Shown piece after piece: positions 18,950-29,456 of a DNA stretch of 64,000 nucleotides. Each line of letters begins with the position of its first letter. Position 1 is the first letter of the stretch. The stretch covers positions 17,242 through 81,241 of the forward strand of contig JAFGNA010000017.1 of NCBI GenBank assembly GCA_016927245.1. Direction: 5' to 3'. Source of the stretch: Candidatus Woesearchaeota archaeon (GTDB taxonomy: Archaea > Nanobdellota > Nanobdellia > Woesearchaeales > WJKR01). Under the pieces are notes generated by a model. That model did not search any database. It was not told where the DNA came from and saw only the letters and a list, made by a program, of their open reading frames with translations. The translations under genes and the position numbers were made by a program.

Positions 18950-20257
18950 ATGATGTTCAATGGCCTCAGGGACAAGCTCAAGGGCGTGCTGAAGAAGTTC
19001 TCCAAGCAGGTCGAGGACGAGGCCGTCGAGGAAGTCCAGGAAGAGGTGCCCGCAGAGTCACCAAGGAGAACCAAGCCTGCACGAGCGCCCGCGAAGGCGG
19101 AAGAGCAGGAAGCCGAGCGGCCCGCCGAGGAGCCAGCCCTCAAGGAAGAGCAGGAACCGCCCGCTAAAGAGCTTGCCGCTGAAGAAAAGGACGAGGTCGC
19201 CGCCGAGGAGCCACCAGAGGCGCCGGAGGAGAAGCAACGATCGTTCATCAGCAAGCTGTTCAAGAAGAAAGAGGCCGCAGAGGCGCCCGGGCCTGAAGTG
19301 ATAAGACGAGCGGAGGAACCCTCCGCGAGGGAATCGGCGGGACCAGCAGAGACAGCCCCCAAGGCAGAGAAGGATATCGAGGGAGGCGCGAGGAAGGAAG
19401 GGTTCTTCAAGAAGCTCACCAAGATTACGTTATCAGAGGAGCGGTTCGAGAGCCTGTTCTGGGACATCGAAGTCACCTTGTTAGAGAACAACGTCGCCGT
19501 CGAGGTCATCGAACGCATCAAGGAAGACCTCAAGTCGGCATTGACCGGGGAGAAGATGAGCCGGAAGTCCGTCGAAGACACCATCAAAGACACCTTGCGG
19601 GGCTCGATCAAGGACATCCTCTCCGTCGAACCGGTCGACCTGCTCAAGGAAGCAGAGAGGAAGAAGCCGCTCGTCATCGCCATGATAGGCGTGAACGGCT
19701 CTGGCAAGACCACCACCCTGGCCAAGCTGGCCAAGTACTTCCAGGACCACGGCAAATCAGTCGTGGTAGCCGCTGCTGACACGTTCCGAGCAGCGGCCAT
19801 CCAGCAACTGGAAGAGCACACCACCAAGCTCGGGGTCAAGCTCATCAAGCACGACTACGGCGGCGACCCCGCAGCGGTCGCGTACGACGCGGTCAAGCAC
19901 GCCGACGCCAAGGGCATCGACATCGTCCTCATCGACTCCGCGGGGAGGCTGCACAGCAACGACAACCTGATGAATGAGCTCAAGAAGCTCGTCAGGATCA
20001 ACAAGCCAGACCTCAACCTCTTCGTCGGCGAAGCCATCACGGGGAACGACTGCGTCGAGCAAGCAAAACTGTTCGACGAGGCAGTAGGGATAGACGGCAT
20101 CATCCTCGCCAAGGCTGACGTGGACGAGAAGGGAGGAGCGGCCATCAGCGCATCGTACGTGACGAAGAAGCCAGTCCTCTTCCTCGGCACCGGGCAGGGT
20201 TACGACGACCTGGCACCGTTCAGGCCGGAAGCCGTGCTCGAGTCATTAGGGCTCTGA
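18950..20257 (+). CDS. ftsY: SRP receptor FtsY
   Basis: Acidic N-terminus; GVNGSGKTTT, DTFRAAA, DSAGR, KGGAA. Confidence 0.96.
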   Translation: MMFNGLRDKLKGVLKKFSKQVEDEAVEEVQEEVPAESPRRTKPARAPAKAEEQEAERPAEEPALKEEQEPPAKELAAEEKDEVAAEEPPEAPEEKQRSFISKLFKKKEAAEAPGPEVIRRAEEPSARESAGPAETAPKAEKDIEGGARKEGFFKKLTKITLSEERFESLFWDIEVTLLENNVAVEVIERIKEDLKSALTGEKMSRKSVEDTIKDTLRGSIKDILSVEPVDLLKEAERKKPLVIAMIGVNGSGKTTTLAKLAKYFQDHGKSVVVAAADTFRAAAIQQLEEHTTKLGVKLIKHDYGGDPAAVAYDAVKHADAKGIDIVLIDSAGRLHSNDNLMNELKKLVRINKPDLNLFVGEAITGNDCVEQAKLFDEAVGIDGIILAKADVDEKGGAAISASYVTKKPVLFLGTGQGYDDLAPFRPEAVLESLGL

Positions 20258-20264
20258 GCGCAGC

Positions 20265-20540
20265 TCATGAAATAGTTCTCCGTTGTTCCCTCCCGCTATC
20301 ATGGAGTGCGTGCAGGACGAGCCAAGAACCCACTAAGTGATGAGGGAGTTGGTACTGCTCGAAGAACGCATCAAGCAGAAAGATAACGTGGAGTTCGGCG
20401 ACCCTGACATCACCTCGCACAACCATCTCTCCCAGAAGCAGCTCTACTCGCTCGACGAGGTCAGAGAGAATGCTTGAAGAGACGGTCTCGCCCTGAGCGT
20501 TCACTATAATCGAGCAGCTCTTCGAGCAATGCCTCGGCAA
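20265..20540 (-). CDS. hypothetical protein (uncertain)
   Basis: Only ORF filling the gap downstream of the ITPase; no recognisable motif. Confidence 0.3.
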   Translation of the reverse strand: MPRHCSKSCSIIVNAQGETVSSSILSDLVERVELLLGEMVVRGDVRVAELHVIFLLDAFFEQYQLPHHLVGSWLVLHALHDSGREQRRTIS

Positions 20541-20558
20541 CTACGACAAATAAGGAGG

Positions 20559-21110
20559 TCAATCCGGCACTTCTTGCAACCGCAAGTATTCCTTGAGCTC
20601 CGCCACGGCCTGCTGGCGCATGCTAAAGCTGTTCTTCACCTCAGGCGCCATCTCGCCGAACGTCTCATCGAACCCTTCAGGGACGAAGACTTTGTCCCAG
20701 CCGAAGCCTCGCTCGCCCCTAGGAAAGACGACCTCTCCTTTCAGGACGCCCTCGAAGAACACGGGCTCATCACCTTCCGCGAGGTAGCCGATGCACACCA
20801 TGGCCTCCGCGGAGGGGTCTTGGGACGCGACGGCTATCTCGGCGAACCGCTCCAGGCTCATAGCCTCGAGGAACCACTTGATGAACGGTCCGGGCAAGCC
20901 GCCCAGGCCAGCAACGGAGAGCGAGGTGTCCTCGACGATGAATGAGCCCTCATGCTGCTCATGAGCGGCGAACAGCTTTGCCCTGATGACCGCTCGCGGA
21001 TCCAGCGACTGCACCTCAGGGAGGTCGAGGTCAAGCCGTTCCACCTCTGGCAACAAGGCTTTCACTTCCGCGTACTTGTCGTCGTTGCCCGTGATGAAGT
21101 ACAAGGTCAT
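20559..21110 (-). CDS. non-canonical purine NTP pyrophosphatase (HAM1/RdgB)
   Basis: FITGN..K, EDTSL...LGGLPGPFIKW, GFGWD, K..FSMR. Confidence 0.93.
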   Translation of the reverse strand: MTLYFITGNDDKYAEVKALLPEVERLDLDLPEVQSLDPRAVIRAKLFAAHEQHEGSFIVEDTSLSVAGLGGLPGPFIKWFLEAMSLERFAEIAVASQDPSAEAMVCIGYLAEGDEPVFFEGVLKGEVVFPRGERGFGWDKVFVPEGFDETFGEMAPEVKNSFSMRQQAVAELKEYLRLQEVPD

Positions 21111-21156
21111 GGCGAATCCTCTGCGAGGAAGAAAAGCAATAAAAAAAAATAAGGGG

Positions 21157-21336
21157 TCATCTCTTCTGCGTGAAGTAGTAGATGATCGCGGTCAGGATGT
21201 TGAACAAGATAGCGGCGATGACCCATAGCGCCTTGTACAACGGCCTCATCTTCCCCTGGTTCGCGATGACGTCGTAGATGACCCAGACAGCGCAGACTAT
21301 CGCGACAATCCCCAGTACTGTAGTCCCTATGCCCAT
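21157..21336 (-). CDS. 59-aa membrane protein (PLDc N-terminal-like)
   Basis: MGIGTTVLGIVAIVCAVWVIYDV...KALWVIAAILFNILTAIIYYF; GGAGG SD; not in the ORF track. Confidence 0.75.
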   Translation of the reverse strand: MGIGTTVLGIVAIVCAVWVIYDVIANQGKMRPLYKALWVIAAILFNILTAIIYYFTQKR

Positions 21337-21379
21337 TGTGTACCAACCTCCCTCCTTGTAATAATAGTTGTGCTCGTCA

Positions 21380-21964
21380 CTAATCCATCCCTACGCGGCG
21401 CCAGCGGAGGTGCTGTAGCTCCCTGACCTTCAATAACTCCTCGTCATGGAAATGGGTGGTGCGGATGACCGTGTTCAAGCCGTGGAACTCGATGACGCGA
21501 TCGCGGAGGATGACGCCGGCGATGACGAGGACTGAGCCTATGATGAGGAGCCCGCTGATGCCCAGCCCGTCCACGAAAGTGGACATGATGACCTCTCCCA
21601 ACCATCCCAACCCAGGGATGGAGCCGAGCACAATACTGATAGGCCCGAGGAGCATGGCGAACAACCCCCAGAACAGCAGCGCGGCGTTGATCACGTTCTT
21701 CGCCTTGATGGATTCCAGGAACCGGTAGTCCATGTCCTCGTACGTGCTGTAGAAGAAGTGGAACGTCCTGGCGAACCAGTCATGACGGTGCTTGATGATG
21801 CGACGGTCGGTGAAGAACATCTCGGCCGCCTGGTAGATGACGTGCTCTCCTGGCAAGAGATACCCCTTGACCTCTTCCTCCATGCCCTTCATGGGCTTCA
21901 TGAGGAAGTGCTTGGCCTCCGACGGCCGGGGCTTCTCGCCCGCCACCTCCTTTTTATCCCCCAT
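21380..21964 (-). CDS. membrane protein with PH-like N-terminal region
   Basis: L.PGE.VI...FTDRRII pattern followed by two TM segments. Confidence 0.7.
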   Translation of the reverse strand: MGDKKEVAGEKPRPSEAKHFLMKPMKGMEEEVKGYLLPGEHVIYQAAEMFFTDRRIIKHRHDWFARTFHFFYSTYEDMDYRFLESIKAKNVINAALLFWGLFAMLLGPISIVLGSIPGLGWLGEVIMSTFVDGLGISGLLIIGSVLVIAGVILRDRVIEFHGLNTVIRTTHFHDEELLKVRELQHLRWRRVGMD

Positions 21965-22055
21965 GCCTGCTATGCAAGAAGAAGTACTATTTAAAGGTTT
22001 TCACTGGCCACCACCACCGCGCATTTAAAAACACAGCATGATTCTCCCTTCATAT

Positions 22056-25046
22056 ATGATTCGTCGGCAGCACAACCCGTACGCCAAGGAAGACATCACG
22101 GCCAACCTCCACCCGCTCGTCAAAGAGTGGTTCTTCAGCCAATTCCAGGACTACAGCCCGCCGCAGCGCTACAGCATCCTGAACATCCACCGGCGGAAGA
22201 ACACGCTCATCAGCAGCCCGACAGGCTCGGGCAAGACCTTGTCAGCCTTCCTCGCCATCATTAACGAGCTCGTCACCCGCGCAGAAGCGGGCACGCTCGA
22301 AGACCGCGTCTACGCCGTGTACATCTCCCCGCTGAAAGCATTGGGCAACGACATCCAGCGCAACCTCCTCACCCCGCTGAAAGAATTGAAAGAGCTGGCG
22401 AAGAAAAACAACACAAAGCTGAACATCCGCGTCGGCGTACGGACAGGAGACACCACCCCCTCGCAGAAAGCGTCCATGCTCAAGCGCCCGCCGCACATCC
22501 TCATCACCACGCCCGAATCATTAGGCATCATGATCACCACGACCAAGTTCCGCGACCACCTCCGACTCATCGACTGGTGCGTCGTGGACGAGATCCACGC
22601 CTTAGCGGAGAACAAGCGAGGCGTCCACCTCAGCCTCACCCTGGAACGGTTGGAGCACGTCACGCCAGGGTACTGCCGCGTCGCCCTCTCCGCCACAGTA
22701 AGCCCGCTGGAAGAAGTGGCCAAGTTCCTCGTCGGCCACGACGGTGATAACTGGCGCGACTGCAGCGTGGTGGACGTGAACGAGCTCAAGAAGCTCGACC
22801 TGCAAGTCATCAGCCCAGTAAGGAACATCATCAGGGAAGAGTACGAGGCAGTGATGGACAGCACGTACAAAATCATCGACGGCCTCGTCCAGCAGCACAA
22901 GACCACGCTCATCTTCACCAACACGCGATCAGCAACAGAAAGAGTGGTGCACCACCTCAAGGAGCGGTTCCCCAAGCACTACGCCGAGATAGACGAGAAG
23001 ACGAGCATGCCCGCATCCCTGATAGCCGCGCACCACGGATCGCTCTCCAAATCGCACAGGCTCATGGTCGAGGAGCGGCTCAAGGCAGGCGAGCTCAAAG
23101 TCGTCGTGTCCTCCACCTCGCTCGAGCTCGGCATCGACATCGGTAGCATCGACCTCGTCATCCTCCTCGGCAGCCCGAAGAGCGTCGCCCGGGCGCTGCA
23201 AAGGATCGGGAGGAGCGGTCACCAGTTGCACGAGGAGTCCAAGGGCCGCATCATCGTCCAGGACCGAGACGACCTCGTTGAGTGCGCGGTCTTGTTGAAA
23301 GCGGCGTTAGAAGGCAAGATTGACAAGATAGCCATTCCTCGAGGAGCCCTGGACGTGCTCGCGCAACAATTGCTCGGCATCGCCATCGAAGAGAAAAGGG
23401 CGGTCAAGGAGGTCTGGGACCTTGTGCGGAAGAGCTACTGCTACACCGACCTGGAACGCAAGGACTTCGACGCCCTGCTCGACTATCTCTCCGGCGAGTA
23501 CGTCTCCCTCGAGCACAGGAACGTGTACGCCAAGATATGGCAGGATAAGGAGACCGGCATGATGGGCAAGAAGGGCAAGCTGACGCGGCTGATATACATG
23601 ACGAACATCGGCACCATCCCTGACGAGACGAACATCAAGGTCAAGATGGGAGACGCGCTCATCGGCATGATATCCGAGCCGTTCCTGGAACGGCTGCACA
23701 AGGGCGACATCTTCGTCCTCGGCGGTGAAACCTACGAGTTCAGGCACGCACAAGGGCTCACCGCGTTCGTCAGGTCGGCGTCAGGGAAGAAGCCAACTGT
23801 TCCTTCTTGGTATTCGGAAATGCTCCCGCTCAGCTTTGACCTCTCAGAGGAGATCAACAGGTTCAGGACGTACATGCACCACCACCTCGCCGCCAAGAAG
23901 AGCAAGAAGGACATCATGGCGTTCATCAACAGCTACCTCTACGTGGACTCATGGGGAGCGACGAGCATCTACGAGTACTTCCTCGAGCAATACCGGTACG
24001 CGGAGCTCCCCACGAGCAAGAAGCTCCTCATCGAGCACTACGACGACGGCAGGAACAAGTACGTCCTCTTCCACGCCTTGTACGGCAGGCGCACCAATGA
24101 CGTCCTAGCACGCGCGGTGGCGTACGCCATCAGCAAGCTCCATCGCAGAGACGTCGAGTTCATGATCAACGACAACGGCTTCGCCATCCGCACCACCACG
24201 ACGGTGCAGGCCGGCAGGGCGCTCCGGCTGTTGCGGAGCGACGAGCTGCGCGCAGTTGCGGAGCGCTCATTGGACAAGACAGAGGTGCTCGCGAGGCGAT
24301 TCCGCCACTGCGCCGCCCGGTCGCTGATGATCCTGCGCACGTACAAGGGGCGGAAGAAGAGCGTGGGCAAGCAGCAGCTCAGCAGCAGGCTGCTCCTCAG
24401 CAGCGTGAAGCGGCTCGACCCTGATTTCGTCATCCTCAAGGAGGCCAGGAGGGAGGTGCTCGAGGACCTCATGGACGTCCATCACGCCGAGGAAGTCGTT
24501 CGTAGGATAGAGTCACGAGAGGTCATGCTCAAGGAGATAATGACGGACGTGCCGTCACCGTTCGCGTTCAACCTCATCCTTACCGGGTACTCGGACATCC
24601 TGAAGATGCAGGATCGGCAAGCTTTTTTAAGGAAGATGCACGAATTAGTGCTGGCCAAGATCAGCCTCGGCACCGACGCGCCTAAGGACTTGCTCGCGCA
24701 GGCAGGGCAGAACCCTTCGTTCGCGTACGAGGAGTATTGGCGTGAGAAGGAGCGGCATGCCACCTTGACCGATGAGGAGAAGACCGACCAATTACTGAAG
24801 GATCTCAAGACCGCCTCGATAAAGACCCGGCTGGACAGCCAGGTCTACTATGACCTGCAGCAGCTCATCGCGCGCAGGAACGAGCGAGGGCTTCCGAACG
24901 AGCAGCTCCATGCTTATCGCGAGGAAACCGTCACGTTCTTGGAGGAGTTGCTGCGGGGTTCCGTGCCGAAGGTGTGGACTGACGGCCTCGTCAAGGCGTT
25001 CCGGGAGGCCTTGCCTGGGTTGCGATGGAAGGGGCGCGACCGGTAA
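22056..25046 (+). CDS. lhr: Lhr-family ATP-dependent helicase
   Basis: SPTGSGKT, YISPLKAL.ND, TTPESL, DEIH, LSAT, HHGSLS, LELGIDIG, QRIGRSGH. Confidence 0.94.
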   Translation: MIRRQHNPYAKEDITANLHPLVKEWFFSQFQDYSPPQRYSILNIHRRKNTLISSPTGSGKTLSAFLAIINELVTRAEAGTLEDRVYAVYISPLKALGNDIQRNLLTPLKELKELAKKNNTKLNIRVGVRTGDTTPSQKASMLKRPPHILITTPESLGIMITTTKFRDHLRLIDWCVVDEIHALAENKRGVHLSLTLERLEHVTPGYCRVALSATVSPLEEVAKFLVGHDGDNWRDCSVVDVNELKKLDLQVISPVRNIIREEYEAVMDSTYKIIDGLVQQHKTTLIFTNTRSATERVVHHLKERFPKHYAEIDEKTSMPASLIAAHHGSLSKSHRLMVEERLKAGELKVVVSSTSLELGIDIGSIDLVILLGSPKSVARALQRIGRSGHQLHEESKGRIIVQDRDDLVECAVLLKAALEGKIDKIAIPRGALDVLAQQLLGIAIEEKRAVKEVWDLVRKSYCYTDLERKDFDALLDYLSGEYVSLEHRNVYAKIWQDKETGMMGKKGKLTRLIYMTNIGTIPDETNIKVKMGDALIGMISEPFLERLHKGDIFVLGGETYEFRHAQGLTAFVRSASGKKPTVPSWYSEMLPLSFDLSEEINRFRTYMHHHLAAKKSKKDIMAFINSYLYVDSWGATSIYEYFLEQYRYAELPTSKKLLIEHYDDGRNKYVLFHALYGRRTNDVLARAVAYAISKLHRRDVEFMINDNGFAIRTTTTVQAGRALRLLRSDELRAVAERSLDKTEVLARRFRHCAARSLMILRTYKGRKKSVGKQQLSSRLLLSSVKRLDPDFVILKEARREVLEDLMDVHHAEEVVRRIESREVMLKEIMTDVPSPFAFNLILTGYSDILKMQDRQAFLRKMHELVLAKISLGTDAPKDLLAQAGQNPSFAYEEYWREKERHATLTDEEKTDQLLKDLKTASIKTRLDSQVYYDLQQLIARRNERGLPNEQLHAYREETVTFLEELLRGSVPKVWTDGLVKAFREALPGLRWKGRDR

Positions 25047-25080
25047 GTATAAAAACGCTCCCTCGCTCAAGTGAGCCGTC

Positions 25081-25608
25081 ATGACGGAAGAGCCGCAGAT
25101 GGAGGTCCTTACGGGCGAGCCGTGCCCGTTCTGCCATGAGAACAAGTTGACGCTGCGCCAGGCGGAGCGGGATATCCCTTACTTCGGCAACGTGATACTG
25201 TTCTCTATGGACTGCGAGGGTTGCAAGTACCACAAGGCAGACCTCGAGCTGGCTGACGGCGAGGGTAAGCCGGTCAGGTACGCGTTTGAGGTTTCTTCTG
25301 AGGAGGACCTCAAGGTGCGTGTCGTGAAGTCAGCGAGCGCCACCGTCTCTGTCGAGCGCATCGGCTCCATAGAGCCTGGTGAGACCGCGAACGGCTACGT
25401 CACGAACGTCGAGGGAGTCCTCAATCGGATCAAGTACCAGGTCGAGAGCTTTCGCGAGAACTCTGATGACGAGGCGGAGAAGAAGAAGGCTAAGAACATC
25501 CTTAAGAGGCTGCAGCGCATCCTTTGGGGCCAGGAGAGGACGAAAATCATCCTCGATGACCCTACAGGCAATTCTGCTATCATCTCTGACAAGGCGGAGA
25601 AGAAATAA
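25081..25608 (+). CDS. ZPR1 zinc finger protein
   Basis: CPFC...IPYFG...CEGCKY, RVVKS, TNVEGVL, DPTGNSAI. Confidence 0.92.
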   Translation: MTEEPQMEVLTGEPCPFCHENKLTLRQAERDIPYFGNVILFSMDCEGCKYHKADLELADGEGKPVRYAFEVSSEEDLKVRVVKSASATVSVERIGSIEPGETANGYVTNVEGVLNRIKYQVESFRENSDDEAEKKKAKNILKRLQRILWGQERTKIILDDPTGNSAIISDKAEKK

Positions 25609-25629
25609 AAGAAAATAGTTCTTTTGTGC

Positions 25630-25956
25630 TCAGAAGGTGAGCTTCTCGGCGAGCCCGCCGATGATGGGTAACGGTTTCTGCTCGTTGTTGAGCGCGTGCA
25701 CGATGCCGATGATTACTAGGACGACACCGATGAGATTGATAATCCATAAGAGGAAGAACCAGATAAAAGGCAGGATCAATCCGCAGATGAACCACAAGAG
25801 GAAGAGCACGATGGCTTGTTTGACATGGAATTTTGTCGTCTTGTTCTGCGCTTTCTCGTCTGCGAAGTACCAGACGATGCCGACAAGGATGTAGGCTAGG
25901 ACGGCGACGAGGTTGGAGTCGTTGCCTTGCTTTGCTGATGTCTTCTTCTTTGCCAT
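25630..25956 (-). CDS. DUF4870-like membrane protein
   Basis: LAYIL, KFHVKQA, GIVHALN.EQKPLPIIG. Confidence 0.8.
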   Translation of the reverse strand: MAKKKTSAKQGNDSNLVAVLAYILVGIVWYFADEKAQNKTTKFHVKQAIVLFLLWFICGLILPFIWFFLLWIINLIGVVLVIIGIVHALNNEQKPLPIIGGLAEKLTF

Positions 25957-25990
25957 GAGTATCACCTCAAGGGTTGCGGACAAGGAAGGG

Positions 25991-26707
25991 TTATTTAAGC
26001 TTTGCGTCGAGGCTGTCGAGCGGTCCGAAGGGGAGGAGGTTGTCGCCGTCCATGATGTACGCTTCGAGCTTTGTGGCTTCCTTGAGGAGGGGTCCGAGTG
26101 GTTCTTCTCGGAGGAGGTCGGTCCCTTCCACTAATGGATAGGCGCTTGGCAGGACGATGAGGTCTTTTCCTTTGTACGTGCCGTGGAGGAAGCATTTGTA
26201 TCGTTCCTTGCGTACGCCGTCGTCGAGCAGCAGCGTCGGGTGCTCGTGGCCGATGATGACGCCGCGCGCCTTCATCAGCTCCTCCTCGCTTGGTGCCTTG
26301 TCGCCGTGCGTGATGAGCCATCCTTCTGCGTGGACGCACCGCTCCGCTGGGAGGTTTCTTTTCTTGAGGATGGGCTCGAGCAGCTGGTCGTGGTTGCCGA
26401 GGATGATGGTGACGGGTGCTTGTTCGAGGAGGAGGTCTAGTAGTGCGAGGACGTCCCGCCATTCCTCTTCTCCTATGCGTCCGAAGTCGTGCTTGAGGTC
26501 GCCGTTGATGATGATGCGGCTCGGCGTCGCTTCTTGCATCAGTCCTTTGATGAGCGTGAACGTGGCGTCTCGTTGGGCTCTGGGGAGTAGGGCGCCGGCG
26601 TCTATCATGCTCCGCTCGGCGCCGAGGTGGAGGTCTGCGATGATGAGGGTGGTGCTTTGCTCGAGGAGGAGTGCTGGGCCGACGGGTCGTAGTCCTGGTG
26701 GGAGCAT
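25991..26707 (-). CDS. metallophosphoesterase (ICC-like, Lhr-associated type)
   Basis: ADLHLG, GDLKH, GNHD, THGD, GHEHP. Confidence 0.9.
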   Translation of the reverse strand: MLPPGLRPVGPALLLEQSTTLIIADLHLGAERSMIDAGALLPRAQRDATFTLIKGLMQEATPSRIIINGDLKHDFGRIGEEEWRDVLALLDLLLEQAPVTIILGNHDQLLEPILKKRNLPAERCVHAEGWLITHGDKAPSEEELMKARGVIIGHEHPTLLLDDGVRKERYKCFLHGTYKGKDLIVLPSAYPLVEGTDLLREEPLGPLLKEATKLEAYIMDGDNLLPFGPLDSLDAKLK

Positions 26708-26717
26708 GGGCGTGCAC

Positions 26718-27224
26718 CTATGGCTTGGCGTCTTCTGCTGTGAGTTCCTCGATGCGTTGCTTGAGGAACTCGATGGTGCGCGTGTTGTCTTGCTGGTTCA
26801 TGATCTCGCCGCACTCAGGGCATTTGAAGTTGAACTCGATGGCTTTTTCGAAGTCCATCCTGGCGCACGCGTTCCTGCACAGGTAGAACTGTCCTTTTTC
26901 CTCTCTGGCGAGTCGTTCTCGCAGCTTTGCGAGCTTCTCGTTCTTTATCTTCTCCGTGAGGTAGGGGATGATGGGCTCGTTGAAGTCCCAGTAGCAGATG
27001 TACCATCCTTTTATCTTGTCCTTTTTGCGCATGAAGCTGACGATGTTGTGCTCGAGGAGTCGGTAGAGGATGTTCCTGGTGCGGTGTATCTCGAGGTCGA
27101 GCTCTTCTGCGATGATGAACTCGCTGATCTTGGTCTTGCCTCGGAGGTAGAAGATGATGTCGAGCGCTTCTTCTCCGACGAGCTCTTTGACGACGTCCTC
27201 GATGAGCTTCTTGGTGGTTCTCAT
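26718..27224 (-). CDS. tfe: transcription factor E (TFE alpha)
   Basis: wHTH, R.KD..KGWY..YW, F..A.EFNFKCPECG. Confidence 0.92.
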   Translation of the reverse strand: MRTTKKLIEDVVKELVGEEALDIIFYLRGKTKISEFIIAEELDLEIHRTRNILYRLLEHNIVSFMRKKDKIKGWYICYWDFNEPIIPYLTEKIKNEKLAKLRERLAREEKGQFYLCRNACARMDFEKAIEFNFKCPECGEIMNQQDNTRTIEFLKQRIEELTAEDAKP

Positions 27225-27493
27225 GGTGGCTTGCTGGATGTATCTAGGTCACTCTTTTTCATGACGGCGCGCCTGCGCCATGCATGCACCCTTTGCGGAC
27301 CCCCCAGACCCGGGTGCAGAACTAGTCTGCCCCTTTTTTTCCTGGGGGTCTTTCCTGGAAAAAGAGGTTTATAAACATGTCGTTTTTAGTATATTCTTTT
27401 CTTGCTTTTTTAGGCCTTGGTTTGGCGGAATTCGTTCGTTTCAGTATAGAAATATATCCTGGATACCTCCGAGAAGTAGTAATAGGATGGCGC

Positions 27494-28702
27494 TCATGAG
27501 AACGTGCCGAGCGTGGTCTGCGACCGGCGCTCCGCCAGCAACCGGCTCTCCCGCAAGACCGGGAGCACGGAGACGCCGTACGTGCGCCGCACCAAGGACT
27601 CAGCGTGCCGCTGCAAGAGCTCCCAGGAGCCGAACGACAAAGGCTTGGACGCCATCGCCGCCCTGGCAGCCTCGCGCACCACCCAGACGCCTAGCGGGGC
27701 CCAGTACGCCTCCGTGATGAACCGCAACGCGATGATCCCTGCCTTGCGCTTCTGCTGCGTGAGGTGCTCCAACACGGCGAGCCGTGCCGCGTAGTAACCG
27801 CCAGCGGTCCGCTCAGCATATGTCTTCCGGCCGCGCACGCCCTCGTAATCCGTGTAGTCGGCACGCAACGGCCGGCCGCCAGAAGCGTGGTTCTCGAAGA
27901 GCTCAAAGCTCCACGGCTGCGGCAAGGTCAGGATGAGGAAGTAATTCCCCAGATAGCCGCCGAAGTACGCCCGGAAGTCCATCTCTGAGAAATCATCGAG
28001 CTGCCGGTGCAACTGCTTGCCCACCGTGTCATCAACCGCGGTGATGCCCCAACGAGTAGGGACGAGGCGCCGCTCCAGCCGCTGCCCCAGCGCGCCGGCT
28101 GAGAGCAGCTTGGAGAGCTGGTGCTCGGCGAAGCCGCGACGCCACAGCCTGCCCAGGCCCGCGGACGCCTTGAGACCGTCATCAGAGACCACCTTGTCGA
28201 CCAATGAAGGAATCTTCGGGTTGGCCGTGAGCCGCGCTGATCGCAGCGACGCCAAGGGGCCGTGAGGCATCGTGTCATCCTCGAGGCGCAGCCGGAAGGC
28301 TGGCTTGCGGTCCAGCCCGACGTCCACGTCAACCGGCCTGACCGCCATCGCAGCCTCCTGCGCCAACTCCTTCACCCGCTCAGCCATCCTCTCAGAAGGA
28401 AGCTTGACGTGCGCGTGCTGCCCCGCGTTGATGAGCTCCGAGCGGAGCCTGATGATATCCTGCAAGGAGGTGCCTTGCCGCACCCAGGACAACGGGTCGT
28501 CGTGCTGCGCGTACTGCTCGGTCGCGAGGAGCCCGACGCGCACGCGAGGATAGCCGAACCGGCCGACGAACAACCCCGGCACCTGCCCGGCGAACTCCTG
28601 CTTGCTCACCAGGTTGACTTGTTGCTTGACCTGCAAGCGGAACAGTCGCGGGTCGAAGAGCGTCTCGTGCAACGTCCGTCCTTGAGGAGCAGGAACCCTC
28701 AT
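27494..28702 (-). CDS. nreA: Nre family DNA repair protein
   Basis: FVGRFGYP.V, RRLVPTRW.ITAVDD, GGYYAARL, Y.APLGVW.VRE, C-terminal PIP box QTTLGTF. Confidence 0.88.
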   Translation of the reverse strand: MRVPAPQGRTLHETLFDPRLFRLQVKQQVNLVSKQEFAGQVPGLFVGRFGYPRVRVGLLATEQYAQHDDPLSWVRQGTSLQDIIRLRSELINAGQHAHVKLPSERMAERVKELAQEAAMAVRPVDVDVGLDRKPAFRLRLEDDTMPHGPLASLRSARLTANPKIPSLVDKVVSDDGLKASAGLGRLWRRGFAEHQLSKLLSAGALGQRLERRLVPTRWGITAVDDTVGKQLHRQLDDFSEMDFRAYFGGYLGNYFLILTLPQPWSFELFENHASGGRPLRADYTDYEGVRGRKTYAERTAGGYYAARLAVLEHLTQQKRKAGIIALRFITEAYWAPLGVWVVREAARAAMASKPLSFGSWELLQRHAESLVRRTYGVSVLPVLRESRLLAERRSQTTLGTFS

Positions 28703-28771
28703 GCTCAGAGAGAGAAGGAGGATTATATATGCCTTGCGCACGAACACAACCTTTTTATACTACACAACCCC

Positions 28772-29440
28772 ATGGGCACAGGGAAAAAAGGTGAGCACGT
28801 GAGGAATACCAAGGCGCAGTCATCAGTGGAATACCTCGGCACCTATGCCTGGGCGTTCCTCGGCCTCATCGTCACCATAGGCGCCCTGAACTACTTCGGC
28901 ATCCTCGACCCCTCCTCGTACACGCCCGAACGGTGCGACTCCGGCTCGCAGATCTCATGCGCAGACACCTACATCGGCGTTGACAGGGACGCCGGAGAGG
29001 CCACCTTGCTCCTCATGCTCACCAACAATTACCCACGGGACATCGTCATCGAGAAGGTCACCCTGAAACGCTTCGTCGGAGGAGAAGCGGCCATGCAGCC
29101 GCTAGACCTCATTGTCAATCCTGGTAGGAGCTTCACCGCCAAGCATACCTTCCCCGGCCTCGAGATGACCAGGAGCCAGAAGGAGCCGTTCACCTTCGTC
29201 GTCACCTACCACCGCCATAACGGCGGGATAAGCCATAACATCACCGGCAGCGGCACCTCCCTCGTCCAGGATATCACCCCTGTCGCCAAGAGCAACTACT
29301 GCGGCGACGGCATCATCAACGCCACCATCGGTGAGGAGTGCGACCCGCCGACGCACGTCGAGGGTGAGAGCCCTGACTGGGTTAGTGGTTGCAGCGGCAG
29401 CACGTACTGCAGGTCTGATTGCACCTGCGCCAACGGATAA
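28772..29440 (+). CDS. type IV pilin-like protein with class III signal peptide and Cys-rich tail
   Basis: KAQ/SSVEYLGTYAWA...LNYFGILDP; CGDGIIN...EECD tail; start may be GTG 28799. Confidence 0.82.
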   Translation: MGTGKKGEHVRNTKAQSSVEYLGTYAWAFLGLIVTIGALNYFGILDPSSYTPERCDSGSQISCADTYIGVDRDAGEATLLLMLTNNYPRDIVIEKVTLKRFVGGEAAMQPLDLIVNPGRSFTAKHTFPGLEMTRSQKEPFTFVVTYHRHNGGISHNITGSGTSLVQDITPVAKSNYCGDGIINATIGEECDPPTHVEGESPDWVSGCSGSTYCRSDCTCANG

Positions 29441-29456
29441 GTTGAGAGGAAGCACT

